Positions 50,271 through 63,782 of a DNA stretch of 64,000 nt are shown here, piece after piece. Under the pieces are notes generated by a model. The model made no database searches, had not been told where the DNA came from, and saw only the letters and a list, made by a program, of their open reading frames with translations. Source of the stretch: Balanoglossus misakiensis. Taxonomy: Eukaryota; Animalia; Hemichordata. Numbering within the stretch: position 1 is the first letter of the stretch; every line of letters starts with the position of its first letter. Where the stretch lies: NCBI GenBank assembly GCA_040954595.2, contig CM082582.2, positions 6,884,063-6,948,062 of the forward strand, read 5' to 3'. The position numbers and the translations under genes were made by a program.

Positions 50271-51529
50271 GGTTTTTTTTTGTGTTTCCTACAATCATAA
50301 TGGATAAAACATTTCCTTAATCTTTCACCGTTAAAAATTGACATTCTAGATTGCATATTTGCAAGCCGTTTTGGGCTGTGGAATTATCAGTATGGTTCAA
50401 GACAGAATTAACAAATATTGAGTGGGGGAAATATTGACTTTCCTACCATGCTCAATGGTAGGAATACTGATCTGTGCATGAATTAGACTATACTTGGTAT
50501 TATCTAATCCTCTGAATCATTTCTAGTGTCATGGTATTTGGACTTGTTTACGCAATGAAAACATATGGAAAATGTTACGGGTACTTACCTGTAGAAAACT
50601 TTCCAATTTCACAAACAACTGTGATCGGTCCGGCGACTGGCGAGACAATACATAAAGTCTAAACTACTTTTGTGCTCTATGTAATTTAACTGTTTATTTT
50701 TACATTGACAATTTACAAAATAACACATTTCCCTGGTAGATGCTCTCAATTTTGTAATTGTTTTTTAAAACAACTGTGGTCGTTCTAGCGACTGGGGAGA
50801 CAATATATAAGTCTAAAATACTTTTGTGCTCTGTGTAATTAAAATTGTTATTTTTGCATTAATAATGAACAAAAACCACATTCGCTGGTAGATCAACTTT
50901 TATAAATAGCCCTCATTTTCAACGGTGGTCGCTTCTCGCTTTTTAACCACTGAGATATTTTATGGGGTAATATCAGACATTTCTTTGTATACTATCGCCG
51001 ACTTTTCTTTTTCTGTTTAATTTGGTAGGAGCTGCATGGTTTTCTTGTTTTTTAATGTGCAAGAAATTTTGTTGCTGTTCTTTTTCTGTCAGCCACTTAT
51101 ACCAAACTTTTCGTAAAGGGAAGCGGTCGTCGCGTCGCGTGTGTGTCACCCGTGATGAGAATACGTCCTCCCCGGTATACCAGCACAAACCTCACCGCAG
51201 TCGCCACGACCTACTAGGATCTTCAGTTGTTGCCATACCCAGTCTTTGCTGCGGTTGGCTGCTTCGTTCATTCTAAGAATGCTCTAATCTCAGGGATTTG
51301 TGGATGAATTGTAATGTTTATAAACAAACAAATGCGGTGCGACGACCGCTTCCCTTTAACGCAAACGGACACCGTGACTCGAAACATGGGACGTGGATGA
51401 GAGGACTGAGGTCTAACTTGTGTTCTTGTAAAATTGTCCCACAAGAAGAACAGAGAATGGATTGTGTATATACATGTATAGAGAACCTGTCTTTGAATTT
51501 CATTCTTAAGAAATACATGCCGCTGGAGT

Positions 51530-53057
51530 CTACGTTTTCATATTTGACTGGCGATGTCGAATCGTTTGCCACAACACTTTCTCTGAGTGTACCAATGTTC
51601 GACAGTAAGCTGGGGCGCCCTCTTTTAGCCTCAACGACAATCCTGCCGTATCGTCGTTTACAAGACACTCGCGTTGTGAAGAGTTTCTCATCCTCTGGAA
51701 ATATTGCACATCTTCGTGAAAACTCGGACCATAGTCCGTTATTTCTTGCCACAGACTTTTGTTAAAGTGGCTATAGAGCATCGTATCCGCCATGTTCCAT
51801 TCTTCGATGCTCGCGGCGAGAGGCAGAGTTAGGTAGCTTTTCTTTTTGGCACCCCCAAGTGGGTCAAAATGTGGCAAGTACAAAATGTCCCGCCAGTGCC
51901 AGCATAATTTCTTTCTGAGAATGACCAGCGATTCGTCGAAAAATTCCCCAAGCAACACGAAGTCAAGTTCTTTCCGTAGACTCTTGATTTTCTCCCTTAC
52001 TGTGGACGGGTTGTCGTGGTGTTCATGATCCAGCCCCAAGCTGAACAACTGGCCGTTGTGCATTTGGAACCAGTATTTAAAACGCATGTCCGTATATGCC
52101 TGCGGCTTTTCCATGAATTTATCCAAGGGATTGTTATACCTGGTCAAATGTAAACTTTTGTCGACGTTGTACAGATTGAAAACGTGAAGCAGATATTGCA
52201 CCGGCTCTACAAGAAGAGTGAAGTGGGTAGCATTTGCCAACGTGGCGTTCACTTCTCGGTGGTTGTAGCGAACGTGGCTGGCGAGTATGTGGTATCCTCC
52301 CGACTTCGCATCTCGGCCGATTGGTGGCGGCATTCCCTTCAGCATATTCCGGTTGAAAATGTCGCTGTTTGAGATGGCGTCGCCGTCGGAGCCCATCATG
52401 AACGAGAGTTGCCTGGAGTATCCATACCTTTGCAAGATGGCCGCCAAGATGCCACTGTCTCTGCTGTGGGTCCTGACGAATACTAATCGTCCCTGCGGAT
52501 TGCAGGTTTCGTTTTGCGCCTGTTCTGTCACATACTTGTACCTGGACCTGACAATAAAATCATAACTTTACATTGACATAGTAAATTTACGAAATTAAAA
52601 GCAAACAACTTACTACATACATCTCGGTTCAAAGGCATTAAAGCTATAGTTTAAAGAAGCTTTCCACAGCGGACTATACTATGGAAAGCTAGGGAGACTT
52701 TAACAAATTTAATATATATAGGCATAAATATCCTAGCTGGGTGATCAGAATGTTAACATGAAAAACCGACCAGCTGAGAATAAAAAGCACAACAATTTGC
52801 TGGTTGTGCGCGAGACGTTAACGATTACCTCTAAGATTGCCGCGGTACACAAATGATTGATTTTGGTATACACAACACTACAGTGACAACACCTACTTTG
52901 TTTTATCGTGTCTGGACTCGGACTCGACGCGTGACCAATTCTTCCACGCTCCATCGCCACGATACATCACCATGTAGATGACGAATAGCCACGCGATGAA
53001 ACAGGCCAACAGACAGGCGTTGAATCGACGGCGACAACTACGAAGCGTAGCCATCAT
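51530..53057 (-). CDS. GAL3ST: Galactose-3-O-sulfotransferase-family type II membrane protein with degenerate PAPS motifs, 392 aa; exons 53057-52897, 52547-51530
   Basis: N-terminal TM (CLLACFIAWLFVIYMVMY), phase-2 intron, family motifs ILQRYG, HVRYN, NGQLFSLG, LDFVLLGEFFDESLVILRKKLCW, WNMADTMLYSHFNKSLW. Confidence 0.9.
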
Positions 53058-56000
53058 CGGGACGGGGTCGATTACGCCTGGCTGCAGAGGGCGTCTCCTC
53101 GTCCGCCGCGGAAGGTGCTCCGATGCGCTGTTACTATGGTACCGTCACCAGATCACCTGAACATCTGAAATGTGGTTTCATAAAAGAAGCATGACAGGAC
53201 TGTCTTAAATTTGTAAATGCAGAAATATAACCATTTCAATCACCAGCTTAGCAAATGTGCAACATACCAACGATTCCTTAAATTGTTAGTTTTAAAAAGA
53301 AGTAGGTAGTCAAACTCAAATTTTGGAGACGAAAATGCAAAAACAATCAACGAGGAGTAACAGGGTGCAGAAGCTATATATTCGGTACATGGAATGCACG
53401 TTTTTTTCTTGACATATGACAATTCGGCCTATTGGTTTAGCAGATCTGATTTATATGGGGGCCTTACCTCTGGGTCGAAGGTTGACGGGGTCGTGCGCGA
53501 GAGATCAGAGCGCAGTTACAAGCACTTTATGCTGACTGACCTTTCGGTGAATTGGTTCTGGTCAGAAAATGGCTTGCACGCGACTACTCGGGCGCATGTC
53601 GTTGGGGGCTGGCTGACAACTAACTGGCAAAGTGATCAATTCGCCGAACGGTTCCATGACATCGATGACAGAAAAATGTTCACTCATTAGTTGACCGTTC
53701 AAAGAGGATAATGCTCTAGTGCACAGCAACCGTGTACTGCGGAGTGTTGAAATTTCTTGTTGGTCGATCAGTCAATGTGTTTTATAAACTGACCAAAGGT
53801 AATAAAATTTATTTGTGTGTTCACTCGCCTAGTTTATACTCAATTTAATTTCTGGTTTTATTTTGTCACGACTCCGTGGGCGACACAAGGAAGGATTATA
53901 CGCCGTTCATTTCACTTTTGTTGATATGAACTGAGGGTATTATGCCCGTTCACAATTCATCTTTTATATTCCAACTGTGTCGTGCTACTAACATGCCGTG
54001 GTCTTTTTTCCCTCGCTCCATTATTATACTTAACTCCAATAGAGTCGCGTTGAATCACTCTCTTATATCCTATTTCTGTGTTTAGTTGAAATCGAACAAT
54101 TATAGAATTGGTATCTTCAAGACCCCCGGAGCAATGTAGAAATCGGTACTGAAGCGACTTAAAGCAGTGAAATACATCGTCGTCTTGGTTGCTTAATGTT
54201 GGCCTGGAGGTGAATTGTGTTTTTTAGCCCTGATTATATAAAATGACGTCACATGTATTTTGTCGCCAACGGCAGGCTAATCCCATCTCCCATCATAGCT
54301 TCGTTGTTGCTGTTGTTGTTGTTCTTGTTGATGATGGGGTTAGGATTGCCTTGACTTGGCTTGGAATTGGTTTCAAATACATTCTCAAAAAACACGAACG
54401 AGGAAACAGTTCGAAGAAAAAACAACATTTAAAACGCTCTGTAATTGCATACTCATAAAGGCACGCCGCAGGTAATACTTAGTACATGTATAAAGGACAT
54501 CGGATTACGCCGCAGGTCTCGAATGCGAATACATAATCTCTCCAAAGAGTCAACAGGTCATAAAGCTCACACCATAATGCAAATTCTCTTCCTGAAATTC
54601 ATGCATGTTTACTTATTCAATTTCCCCCGACTAGGTTAATGTTTACATTTTGTATTCACCTGTGTGCGACTGAATATCGGTTTTCCTTAATTTTCTTCAG
54701 TCGCTACTTCTGCATATAACTATGACTACGGCGCTGCGTCCAGTCCTGGGCGCGCGTTGAACACAACTTCTATAACAAGGCATGATTTCAAGACGGTGTG
54801 AATCAACGAAATTTCAATTTTGGACTTGCATTTCTTGGGTTTTCCGCGATTGACGTCTCACCGTCGGTTTTTCTGTGATTTCACTATGCTGCTCTCATTA
54901 CCGCACCCCTCATGGCAAAACTATCTCTGGTTACAGCCTAGTTCCGTGTTCTGGTCATATGCTTACGAGCTCGATTTGTGCGATTTCGGTAATGGTATAT
55001 ACTATGTGCTATCATGTGCGTTCACCCGACACGAATTCGCCTCGGATCAATTGCAACGGCTAAGTATCTTGCCTTCCGAAGCTATAAATATGGTCAGGCA
55101 CCTTGCAGAAATTAAGGCAAGGGGGCCAGTGTGCGAAATTACATATTAATGAAATTCATCGGTACCCATAGCCTCCATTAAATATAAGATAAGTCTTGTT
55201 TTGTGGGGTTGAATGTTTCCCTAAAATCAGAACGTACAAATTCTCGTTCTCGTACATACAACCAGCACATACTCACTTACGAATTAAAACTTCGTTGGAC
55301 CACGGAAAATCATTTACGAATTTCGACGGAAGCCCCCCCCCCTCCGTCTCAAAATTGTGCTAAGTCCCTAACTTCGGTTGCAATTTGACAGTAAAGCGAT
55401 TGATTAATTTCCGCCGTCTGTAATTTGACAGACAATTAATTTCCTGGTTTCTGTTTGGATTTGAAAAATCTGTGGAAAGCGAGCGGACAGATTTCCATTT
55501 CATGACAGGTAATTTTATTTAACGAACGTATGCACTGTGCCAACACCACCCCAACCTTCTGACTGTCTGTGATTATTCGACCCATTTACTAATTGTTTAC
55601 TCTGCTCCCGTTACTCGAAGTCATTGAAGCTGAAGCACGTATAATTTCTTGTTTCTAGCGTTCGCGTCAACGCGATGAGAACACCGTGCGTGCTTTGTTA
55701 GGGGACAAAATGATTACCTAAAACCCTGTCCAAATTGTTTGACTGTTAATCTCGTTCTTTGCGGACGGACATTGCAACGTCCATGAGCTGTATTCAAAGG
55801 CTCGATTTCTATCGAAACTAAACTCGGCCGTCAGCAGGTTAAATGTGCCACGCCGTGTGCAATGTTTTGCGGCTGGTGAGCCAAAAACTATATACAGTCC
55901 ACACGGACAATTACACGGAAGCAGCACGGTTTAGCCCCCGAAAATGAAAGGAGACTTAACGATCGAGTGACACCGGGCGAGTGACAGATGTGCTACGCAT

Positions 56001-57226
56001 TGCCTCTTTTACTGCTCTCATACTTCACCATCAAAAACAAAGTACATGAAATATTATAGACGAGGTCACGAGACTTGTGGATCACAGAGATCAGAGTCGA
56101 TTGACTCAACGCGTGTCTAGAAAACTGTGATTGTCAGACCTCCACGGCATGGCCGCACACGATAACATGTCTCAGTGTCAACAGACAAGCAGCTGAGGTT
56201 CTGTTTAATTTCAGTCGACATGTAGATAACTTCCAAGACTTACCTTGCGCTATGCATGAGGAAACGGGGCGGTCTTGCGGTGTTTTTCTGGGAGCCGATA
56301 ACACACGCCCTTCCTCGACACGGTAGACGTAGTATAGCTACATCCGGGACCCGATGGTCGCACGGCGTCCTGGTCAAGTTGTCAAGTTACAGGTGGCACA
56401 TATTTTGCAGTCTGTAGGCCTATACACACAGTTACTTGTTAAGCAACCAATGCAAAAACCAGAGAACCTACCCTTTGTTCCCGAGATTGAAAACAGATCC
56501 CCTTTTCACAATGCTATGAGCCTCGGGCAAATCAGTGATGATCAACGGTACTTTGTTTCGCCGGCTTTTCTGGTATTTGTACAAGCCTGTCCAGTCCCAG
56601 ATAGGCCTCCAGTAGCGCCAAAATAAGTTCAATGTGAATCTATCATGTGTGATTGATATTTGAGAATGCCTAGACAAGTACATGTCAAAATGTCAAAATG
56701 CTGCCACTAAACACGGCATACACACTCAGGAAACAAAAGCATACACCAATCTGAACAATTACTTTTAGACACAACTAAAGCTGACGCCTGTCCAAGATAG
56801 CAAGTGATTATATGGTGAACAGATGTTTAATTTACTAGTGTACTTTGCCCATGAGCCGAATTTTACATAAGTGTTACATGTCTGAAAATTATATCCGTGT
56901 TTGTGGACAACCCACGATTGGCCATTTGAGAGAAATTAATACATGTACTAAAGATAGGGAAGTCTATCACGTGATTGTAATCATTTCAATGTGCAAATTG
57001 AAGAATAATTAAAACGTTCATTTGTGACCGTGTGGTTAAACCTTCATTGGTGAAGACACCAGCGAATATTTTCGACTTTATTCTAGACCAGCAGAAATAT
57101 CCTTTGCTTGTAGTGCTTACAGGGAAACGAGTACATGCTTATTGACGGTGAGACTGGTCTTTAAATCGTGATGGAGACCATTGTTTTGTTTTGCTTGTAA
57201 TTCACTATCGAACCTGAATATGCTGT

Positions 57227-59044
57227 CTACGATTGACTTGTATTGTCTTGATTCACGCTGCTGTCGTAGCGAGGTGGCTGGCCGTCGGAGAGTCCGCCAT
57301 CCGCGTCGGCGATGCTCGACTGGAGACCGGGATAAAGACCAGGGTAGACGTACAACGGATCTACTGGTGGCGCTGTTGGTGTGTATGCTGGCGGCGCGCC
57401 TTCCACAGTGACGGGGGATTCTGCAATCACTCCGGTGGATTTCGACTCTACGCCGTCCAACTCAAGGCTGGTTGCGTTGCCCGTACTGGTATCTTGGCTT
57501 TGGGAAATTCATCATACAGAAATGGGGGAATTAATGCGGATTTCTGTTTGGAAAATTCCTTCAACTTGTAACTTCATTCAAGATGACGTGGTATAATAAC
57601 AATTGCCACGCCCATAACATATGCAACTTTTCTTCATATATGTACATTTGTAATATTAGTTGTTGTTGTTGTTGTTGTTGTTGTTGTTCAAATTTCAAAC
57701 ACGATAGTTACCTAAGAACCTTACCTTTCCTGTTTATTCTTCTTTCGGCAAACACAAACAGCGGCAACGACGAGAAGAACAATCACTATGACTCCCACCA
57801 AGACACCCGCACCAATAGCGATGTACACCCACAATGGAGTTCCTGGTGTTACAAATCCACGTGTGTTTACGAGAAGAATGGAAATGATTATTAATTTTTA
57901 AAAACTAAACTTGCTTTCGTCTCCTCAAAAACACAACACCACCTTCTTAGTCAATCTCCACTTTTTTCTTGCATTGAAATAGTTCTACTCACCAAGACAG
58001 TCTTCGTCATCTCTATCACATGCAGTGTACTGGGCCTCGAATGACAAGCTGTCTTGAGAGCCGCCCTGCGGCTGGGCAAACTGTATAACTACGTATACAT
58101 GGTTGCCCCTCGAGGTCATGTCCAGGTATGGGTCCTCGAATACCAAGTCGCGGCAGTAGTGCGCCAGCAGCGGTCCCCGAGTGTCGCTGCCATCGTATAT
58201 GGTCACATACTCTTCCAGACAAGAACGATCTCCAGCGTCGAACTCGACATCGTGTATCTGTTATATTACAAACGTACTGGCATGATTACTTTGAGAAGAA
58301 ACTGCATGCATAAGGTACAGTGCATCAATAAACACTATCCTAACACCAGTGTCTATATAGTTGGACTATATAAACGCATCTCACCGTGTCACACCCGGGG
58401 GTCTCACTCCTGCATGGCTGTCATTCGAATCATACGGTTAATATTTTATCACTCGTGTGGCATATTGACGCAATATCCAATTTTAACTGCATAACGACAC
58501 CCCAATATTTTACGCCTGCAAACATTCCAGGTTATATGTTATGTCGTCAAGTTTCCGAGTCCGAGTCGTGTCAAAGCCAACACTTAATAGTAACATTTCA
58601 AACATGAGTAATGAGAAACCTATGTACCAGACCTTGATAATCTCTCCCGATGTGGCTTGTATGAGGTATCTGCAATTCATCCCTTGTTCGCAATTTTTGG
58701 CTTCGATTTTGCCTTCCGAGTTCGTCAATGTGCCCCCACATCCTGAACAGAAAAAAAGTTCCACAATATCACTACACATTTACAGATTCTGTAATTTCTC
58801 CGATGTAATATGAAAAACGAAGAAACGGAATGAAAATAAGTGAAGTGGGTTATACCTATCCAAGCAACCCGCCCAAAATGACTTTAATTAAATTGCCTTG
58901 TTGGTTTGCATACTTACCCGATGACGTTCTCACGGGCGTTATCCACGCAACTGTTACCAGATAAAGTAAGGTTACAAAGATTGAAAGTGAACCCGGGTTC
59001 CATTCAACACTAAAACTTCTTGAGCCATTTCCTTGGCGAGCCAT
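57227..59044 (-). CDS. Single-CUB-domain type I membrane protein with Pro-rich tail, 296 aa; exons 59044-58918, 58742-58633, 58257-57993, 57842-57725, 57497-57227
   Basis: Signal peptide; CUB domain (CGGTLT..G.I..NCRYLI..C..EYVTIYDG..LAHYC..SRGNHVYV..FEAQY); TM WVYIAIGAGVLVGVIVIVLLVVAAVCVC followed by RKK; phases 1,0,1,2 consistent. Confidence 0.87.
57659..57688 (+). repeat. (TTG)n microsatellite in CUB gene intron
   Basis: Seen directly. Confidence 0.85.
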
Positions 59045-62000
59045 CAGGGTGTATTTTAACGTCCACACTTCAAATGTGTAATGACAATATAATTGAATGA
59101 TATTGATAATTAGTTAATTTACTAATCATTAATATCTCACGCCATCAAATATCATGATCTGTTCATGACTCTCTGATTGGATATTGTCCTTAGAAATATA
59201 CACTCAAATTTACATAGGGAGGCACGAATTATCACGATTCTCCTGTGTAAACGCCTAAAAAGTATCCGATGCATTAGATACAGCGCCCCTACGAGGTTCG
59301 ACCTGTCGAAATGGACAGCTGTAACCACCTGTTAACTGTCAAATTGTCTTCACGCTTGGCCTATTTCTGTGTGCATTGAACAACTTGACACGTGTCCCCG
59401 TTCTATTTATGCAAACAATTTGCGGTTATTGTTTCTTTTGTGGCTGACCTGTCTAATTTGCAATTACGTCAGAGTTCATGTAGACGTGGTGGACGTGCAT
59501 GCGAATTATGTAGTCATATATTCGACGGAAGCGCCGCCCTTTCCGCGAACAAAATAGGGATTACCACAGCGGTTCGGGCAGTTCTGCTCATTACGGTCCG
59601 GCCAGGCTCTCATTGCCACGCGCGGTATGGTGCATCATGCATGGACGTACCACAGGCTATGGGAGCATAACGAGGACACGACACGCCCAGCAAGTCCAGG
59701 ATGTTGTTGTCGAGCAGGACATGCTTTGTTGACCAACCACGCATGCAGCAACAGGTACAAGGGTCAGTACATGTATATCCATAACTTGGCCGAATAACCT
59801 TCATTCTCGGTGGCGGCTCTACGGACCGAGATCGGGTGCACGATTGTATGTATTCCGTGTGTTATGTAACAGAGGAAGACGTTCTTTTTAAAGACAGCTG
59901 ACTGAAATTGTGTAAATTCAACAACAAGCTGACTGCTGTGTGCGTGTTATTGCAACGCACTGGCTTTGACACCTTCCCAAGAAGTCGTGAAGATCGAATC
60001 CTGCGAGAAAAAAGAGGCGTGTATTTTCGTTTCTGAAAACGCGCCTGGTCGCCTTTGGATACAATACAACGCCACGCATATTATCAGAGGTAATGTGGAA
60101 TTATTTGATTTAAGGGGATTATGGTTGTTGTATCATGTCATTCTGAAGTGTCCGTATTGCGAAGGGCTTTGGGATATGTTGGTAAGTTAGGATTCATTGG
60201 CCCAATTTCACCTCCGGGTACAACTTCTGTCACGACGCTGCGCGCATCACTCAGTGGGTAGACGACGAAGTGTGTGTTAAATTAATCTATAGTTAAAATC
60301 GTTCGAAAAGTATACAGCTGCCTCGTTTTCTTTTCATTGAAAATATTACAGTAGGGCCGGTTAAGTCACAGGACTGTGGTATACATGTACTTAGTATGAT
60401 AACTGAGACAATCACTGACTACACCTGTACTGCGTCAATGGTGTGTTTATCTCCTTGGAAATCTGTAAGGAGCTTCAGTGTGACGTCACCAGACAATCCA
60501 ACTGTGTTGCTGTGATGGTAAAATGTTGGGTATCCAACTTGGCCAAGACGCAATGTATTGGGGACATTCACATGCAAACATACGATCGTGCTTTCACTAG
60601 GGCTCTAGTGCTGTTTATTTAGTTATTTTGTGCAAACGTGTACTATACATGTAGGATTGATTCCTGTGCGTGTAACGACGAATTTGCCTGGTAACGTCAG
60701 TATGGAACGAACTTGTTGACGGCTTGAATCTTACACAGATCGAATATATACCACTGTGAAGGCCGATCGCCATTGTCAGTAATTACGTGTACGTCAAGTT
60801 CGCCGTTGAATGTGTGTGAACCGTATAGTGATGCAGATCACAGAAACCTGCGACTAACAAAAATATTTAATCTGTCCATAGCATACTTGTCCTGAAAAAG
60901 GGGTGTATTGTGATGTTGTAATTACGTGGAAAAAGCGTAGAGCGTGTTTGAACACTGCTTGCATTTAGGTCGAAGAAGGGGTTAAATCGAACGCATGATT
61001 GTTCGGCGCTCGGGTGTGCCGGCTCAGATGTGAAAGCAGTCGTGACTTCAGAAGCGTAAAGGAGCTTCCATTTATTATGAGAGGGGTGGGCCGAGGTAAA
61101 TTGGGCACGTTTGTATAATATGACCCTAGCCAAGCTCCCCCGGCCCACCCTAGCCTCTCATTATAACTGAAAGCTCCCTAGCGTTGGTGGCCCTTGACAA
61201 CTGCGAAGTGTCAATCCAGCCGTGTAACGGAAACTTGGTGTACGGCATTACCTGCCGTCCGTGGACCTAATGTTCCAAATGCGAAAAATCCAAAATATGA
61301 TATACGGACGGCGGTCATGGGACAGACTAAACTTATTAATGCCACGCACGAAGACTAACACTTGGCGATCAGCCTTCACGTTCAATACGTGTGCCACCAT
61401 CTCCTTGGCACTCGCCTAAAATATGTCTATCATTGGACTGGAGACGATCAATTTCAACATTCATCTGAACCGAATACGGTCACTCGGTCCTTTTTCTATG
61501 TCAATCCTTTTTTAAAAATCGAATTCTTTCAAAAACGCAGCACACGACATACTATTTACTGTTGTGTGTTTAAGTACATTGAATTATGACTGGAACACCG
61601 AATGACTTGTGCACCGAGAAACCAACCCCATAGAATTACGTTTCCTATTGATCTACTGCAACCGATAGAAAAATCGTATTATGCTGAATGAAAGGAACGA
61701 CCATAGAAGGTCAGTACGAGGTGAAAGATCTCGACTCGTTTCAGAAAGCTGGCGTCCTTAGAATGCGGACAAACAAATAAGATGTCGGCACGGCAACCAA
61801 AGGTCGGGTTAACAGAAACTGACCTGATAGCGTCTCTACAATCTGTAAATATTTGACAGCAAATACGTAGACTTCTGCTTTATGCCCTGAGGAAAGAGAA
61901 ACCGCGCTCTGTACGCATTGCAGAATAAACATTTTTGTGTTCTGACATTTCAGAATCATCGTAGTTGAAAAACGCTGTTATTGTCAAACTTCCCCAGACG

Positions 62001-62059
62001 GTTGATAATCTTACTGGCCAGCAGGCAGATGGTTCATATCAACAGTCACTAGTACAACG

Positions 62060-63475
62060 ATGACGCCATTTCGAAGTTGTCGTCGATGGTTCGACACAAC
62101 CAGTCTGTTGATATGCCTGGTGATGTGGATCTTCATCATTTACATGCTGCTGTATCACGGGAAAGAGGTTGTGACGACTCCGACATGGAGGTTTGCTGAC
62201 TCTAAAGGAGAAACAAGGTAACGTGATACAACCAAGCATACCGTCACTTATTTCACACAAGTACTTTTTTGTAGTATCGATGTTGTGAATCGAGAGCAAG
62301 AGAGCAAGCCATTGTTCTCAGAATCTTACAAATTAGAGAAAAATATAATATATATGCCTGATGCGACAGGGGACGGGACTAACATTTTCACTGCCATAAA
62401 ATATTTTACTAATTGAATATTTTATTTCTCGTCTGTTTTCAGAAAGTCTAAACCACTGATTGAACCACAGGCGCCAAATGACACCTGCAAGCCGCAGAGA
62501 GGACTCGTGTTCGCGAGGACTCCCAGTCGTCAAGGAGACACCTTGGCAACCGTCTTGCAGAGATACGGATATCACAACCAACTTTCCTTCGTGATGGGCG
62601 CCGACAGTGACGTCATCTCGCGCGAAGAAACGTTCCACCGGACCATGGCGAGGAAAATGCCGCCACCAATCGACAGCACTGATAAAACGCGAGGGTACGA
62701 CATCCTCACCAGTTACGTTCGCTACAACCACAGAGAAATAAACGCCACCGTGCCAAAGGCGGCTCATATCACGCTCCTCGTGGAACCAGTGAACCATTTG
62801 CTGTATGTCTTCAATTCGTACAACGTAGAAGAGAGCCTGCACTTGAAAAGGTACAAGAACCCCCTCGAGAAGTTCATGGACACCCCGCAAGCGTACGTGG
62901 ACAAGAGGTTCAAATATTGGTATCAAATGCATAACGGGCAGATGTACAGCTTGGGGTTTGACAATGAGCATCACGGCAATCGATCGAAGATAGCGGAGAA
63001 AGTCGAAAGCCTACAGAAAGATCTCGATTTTGTGCTGCTTGCTGAATATTTTGATGAATCGCTCGTCGTTCTCAGAAAGAAGCTATGCTGGCTCTGGGAG
63101 GACATGTTGTACTTGCCGCTCTTGGGCGAAGCGCAGGGGATAAAAAAGAAAAGTTATCTCAAGCCGTCGCTCGCTGCGAACATCGCAAAATGGAACGTGG
63201 CGGATGTTACCCTGTACGAGCACTTCAACAGAAGTCTGCGGGAAGAAATCTCGAGATACGGCCCCTCGTTTCAGGACGATTTGCAATATTTTCGCAAGCT
63301 GCGCGAGAGTTCACGGAACGACTGCCTTGTGGCCGACAACAGCAGATGGCCGATTTCGTTCAGGTTGAAAGAGGGCGCTCGTGCTTACTGCCCTGAGCTT
63401 GCGCAGTCGGAGGAAGAGCTCTGGCGACTCATTCGGAATCGTCAGCAGTCAGCAGGGAAACGGGGCGTCAAGTGA
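62060..63475 (+). CDS. GAL3ST: Second Gal-3-O-sulfotransferase-family protein with degenerate PAPS motifs, 396 aa; exons 62060-62217, 62443-63475
   Basis: Same exon structure and phase as the minus-strand paralogue; TM SLLICLVMWIFIIYMLLY; LDFVLLAEYFDESLVVLRKKLCW and WNVADVTLYEHFNRSL. Confidence 0.9.
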
Positions 63476-63782
63476 CACCTACAAACTGCACAGAGAAGAA
63501 ATCGCGCTCGCCAGGACTAACGGTCACCATGGTGACATCTTGGCAACCATTTGCGGCGCCGTCTAACTTTCTAAGTATACTATTACATCTAAATGGCATA
63601 ATGAAAACACGTAAAAAATCAAGGCTGGTAACTTTTTGACAGGATGTACAAGCAACTTTTGAAAGTTACCAGGCCCGATGTCTGGTATGCATGTATGATG
63701 TTATATCTGGGCAGCGTTGTTTCAAATACTGCCTGTGGCTGTTATATTATAGTGTAATTGTTATGTGTAAAGGCCAGCATTG

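Noticed and set aside
53200-57100. Short ORFs in the Gal3ST-CUB intergenic region
   Set aside because: No motifs, splice-consistent chains, tRNA or other RNA gene structure recognised.
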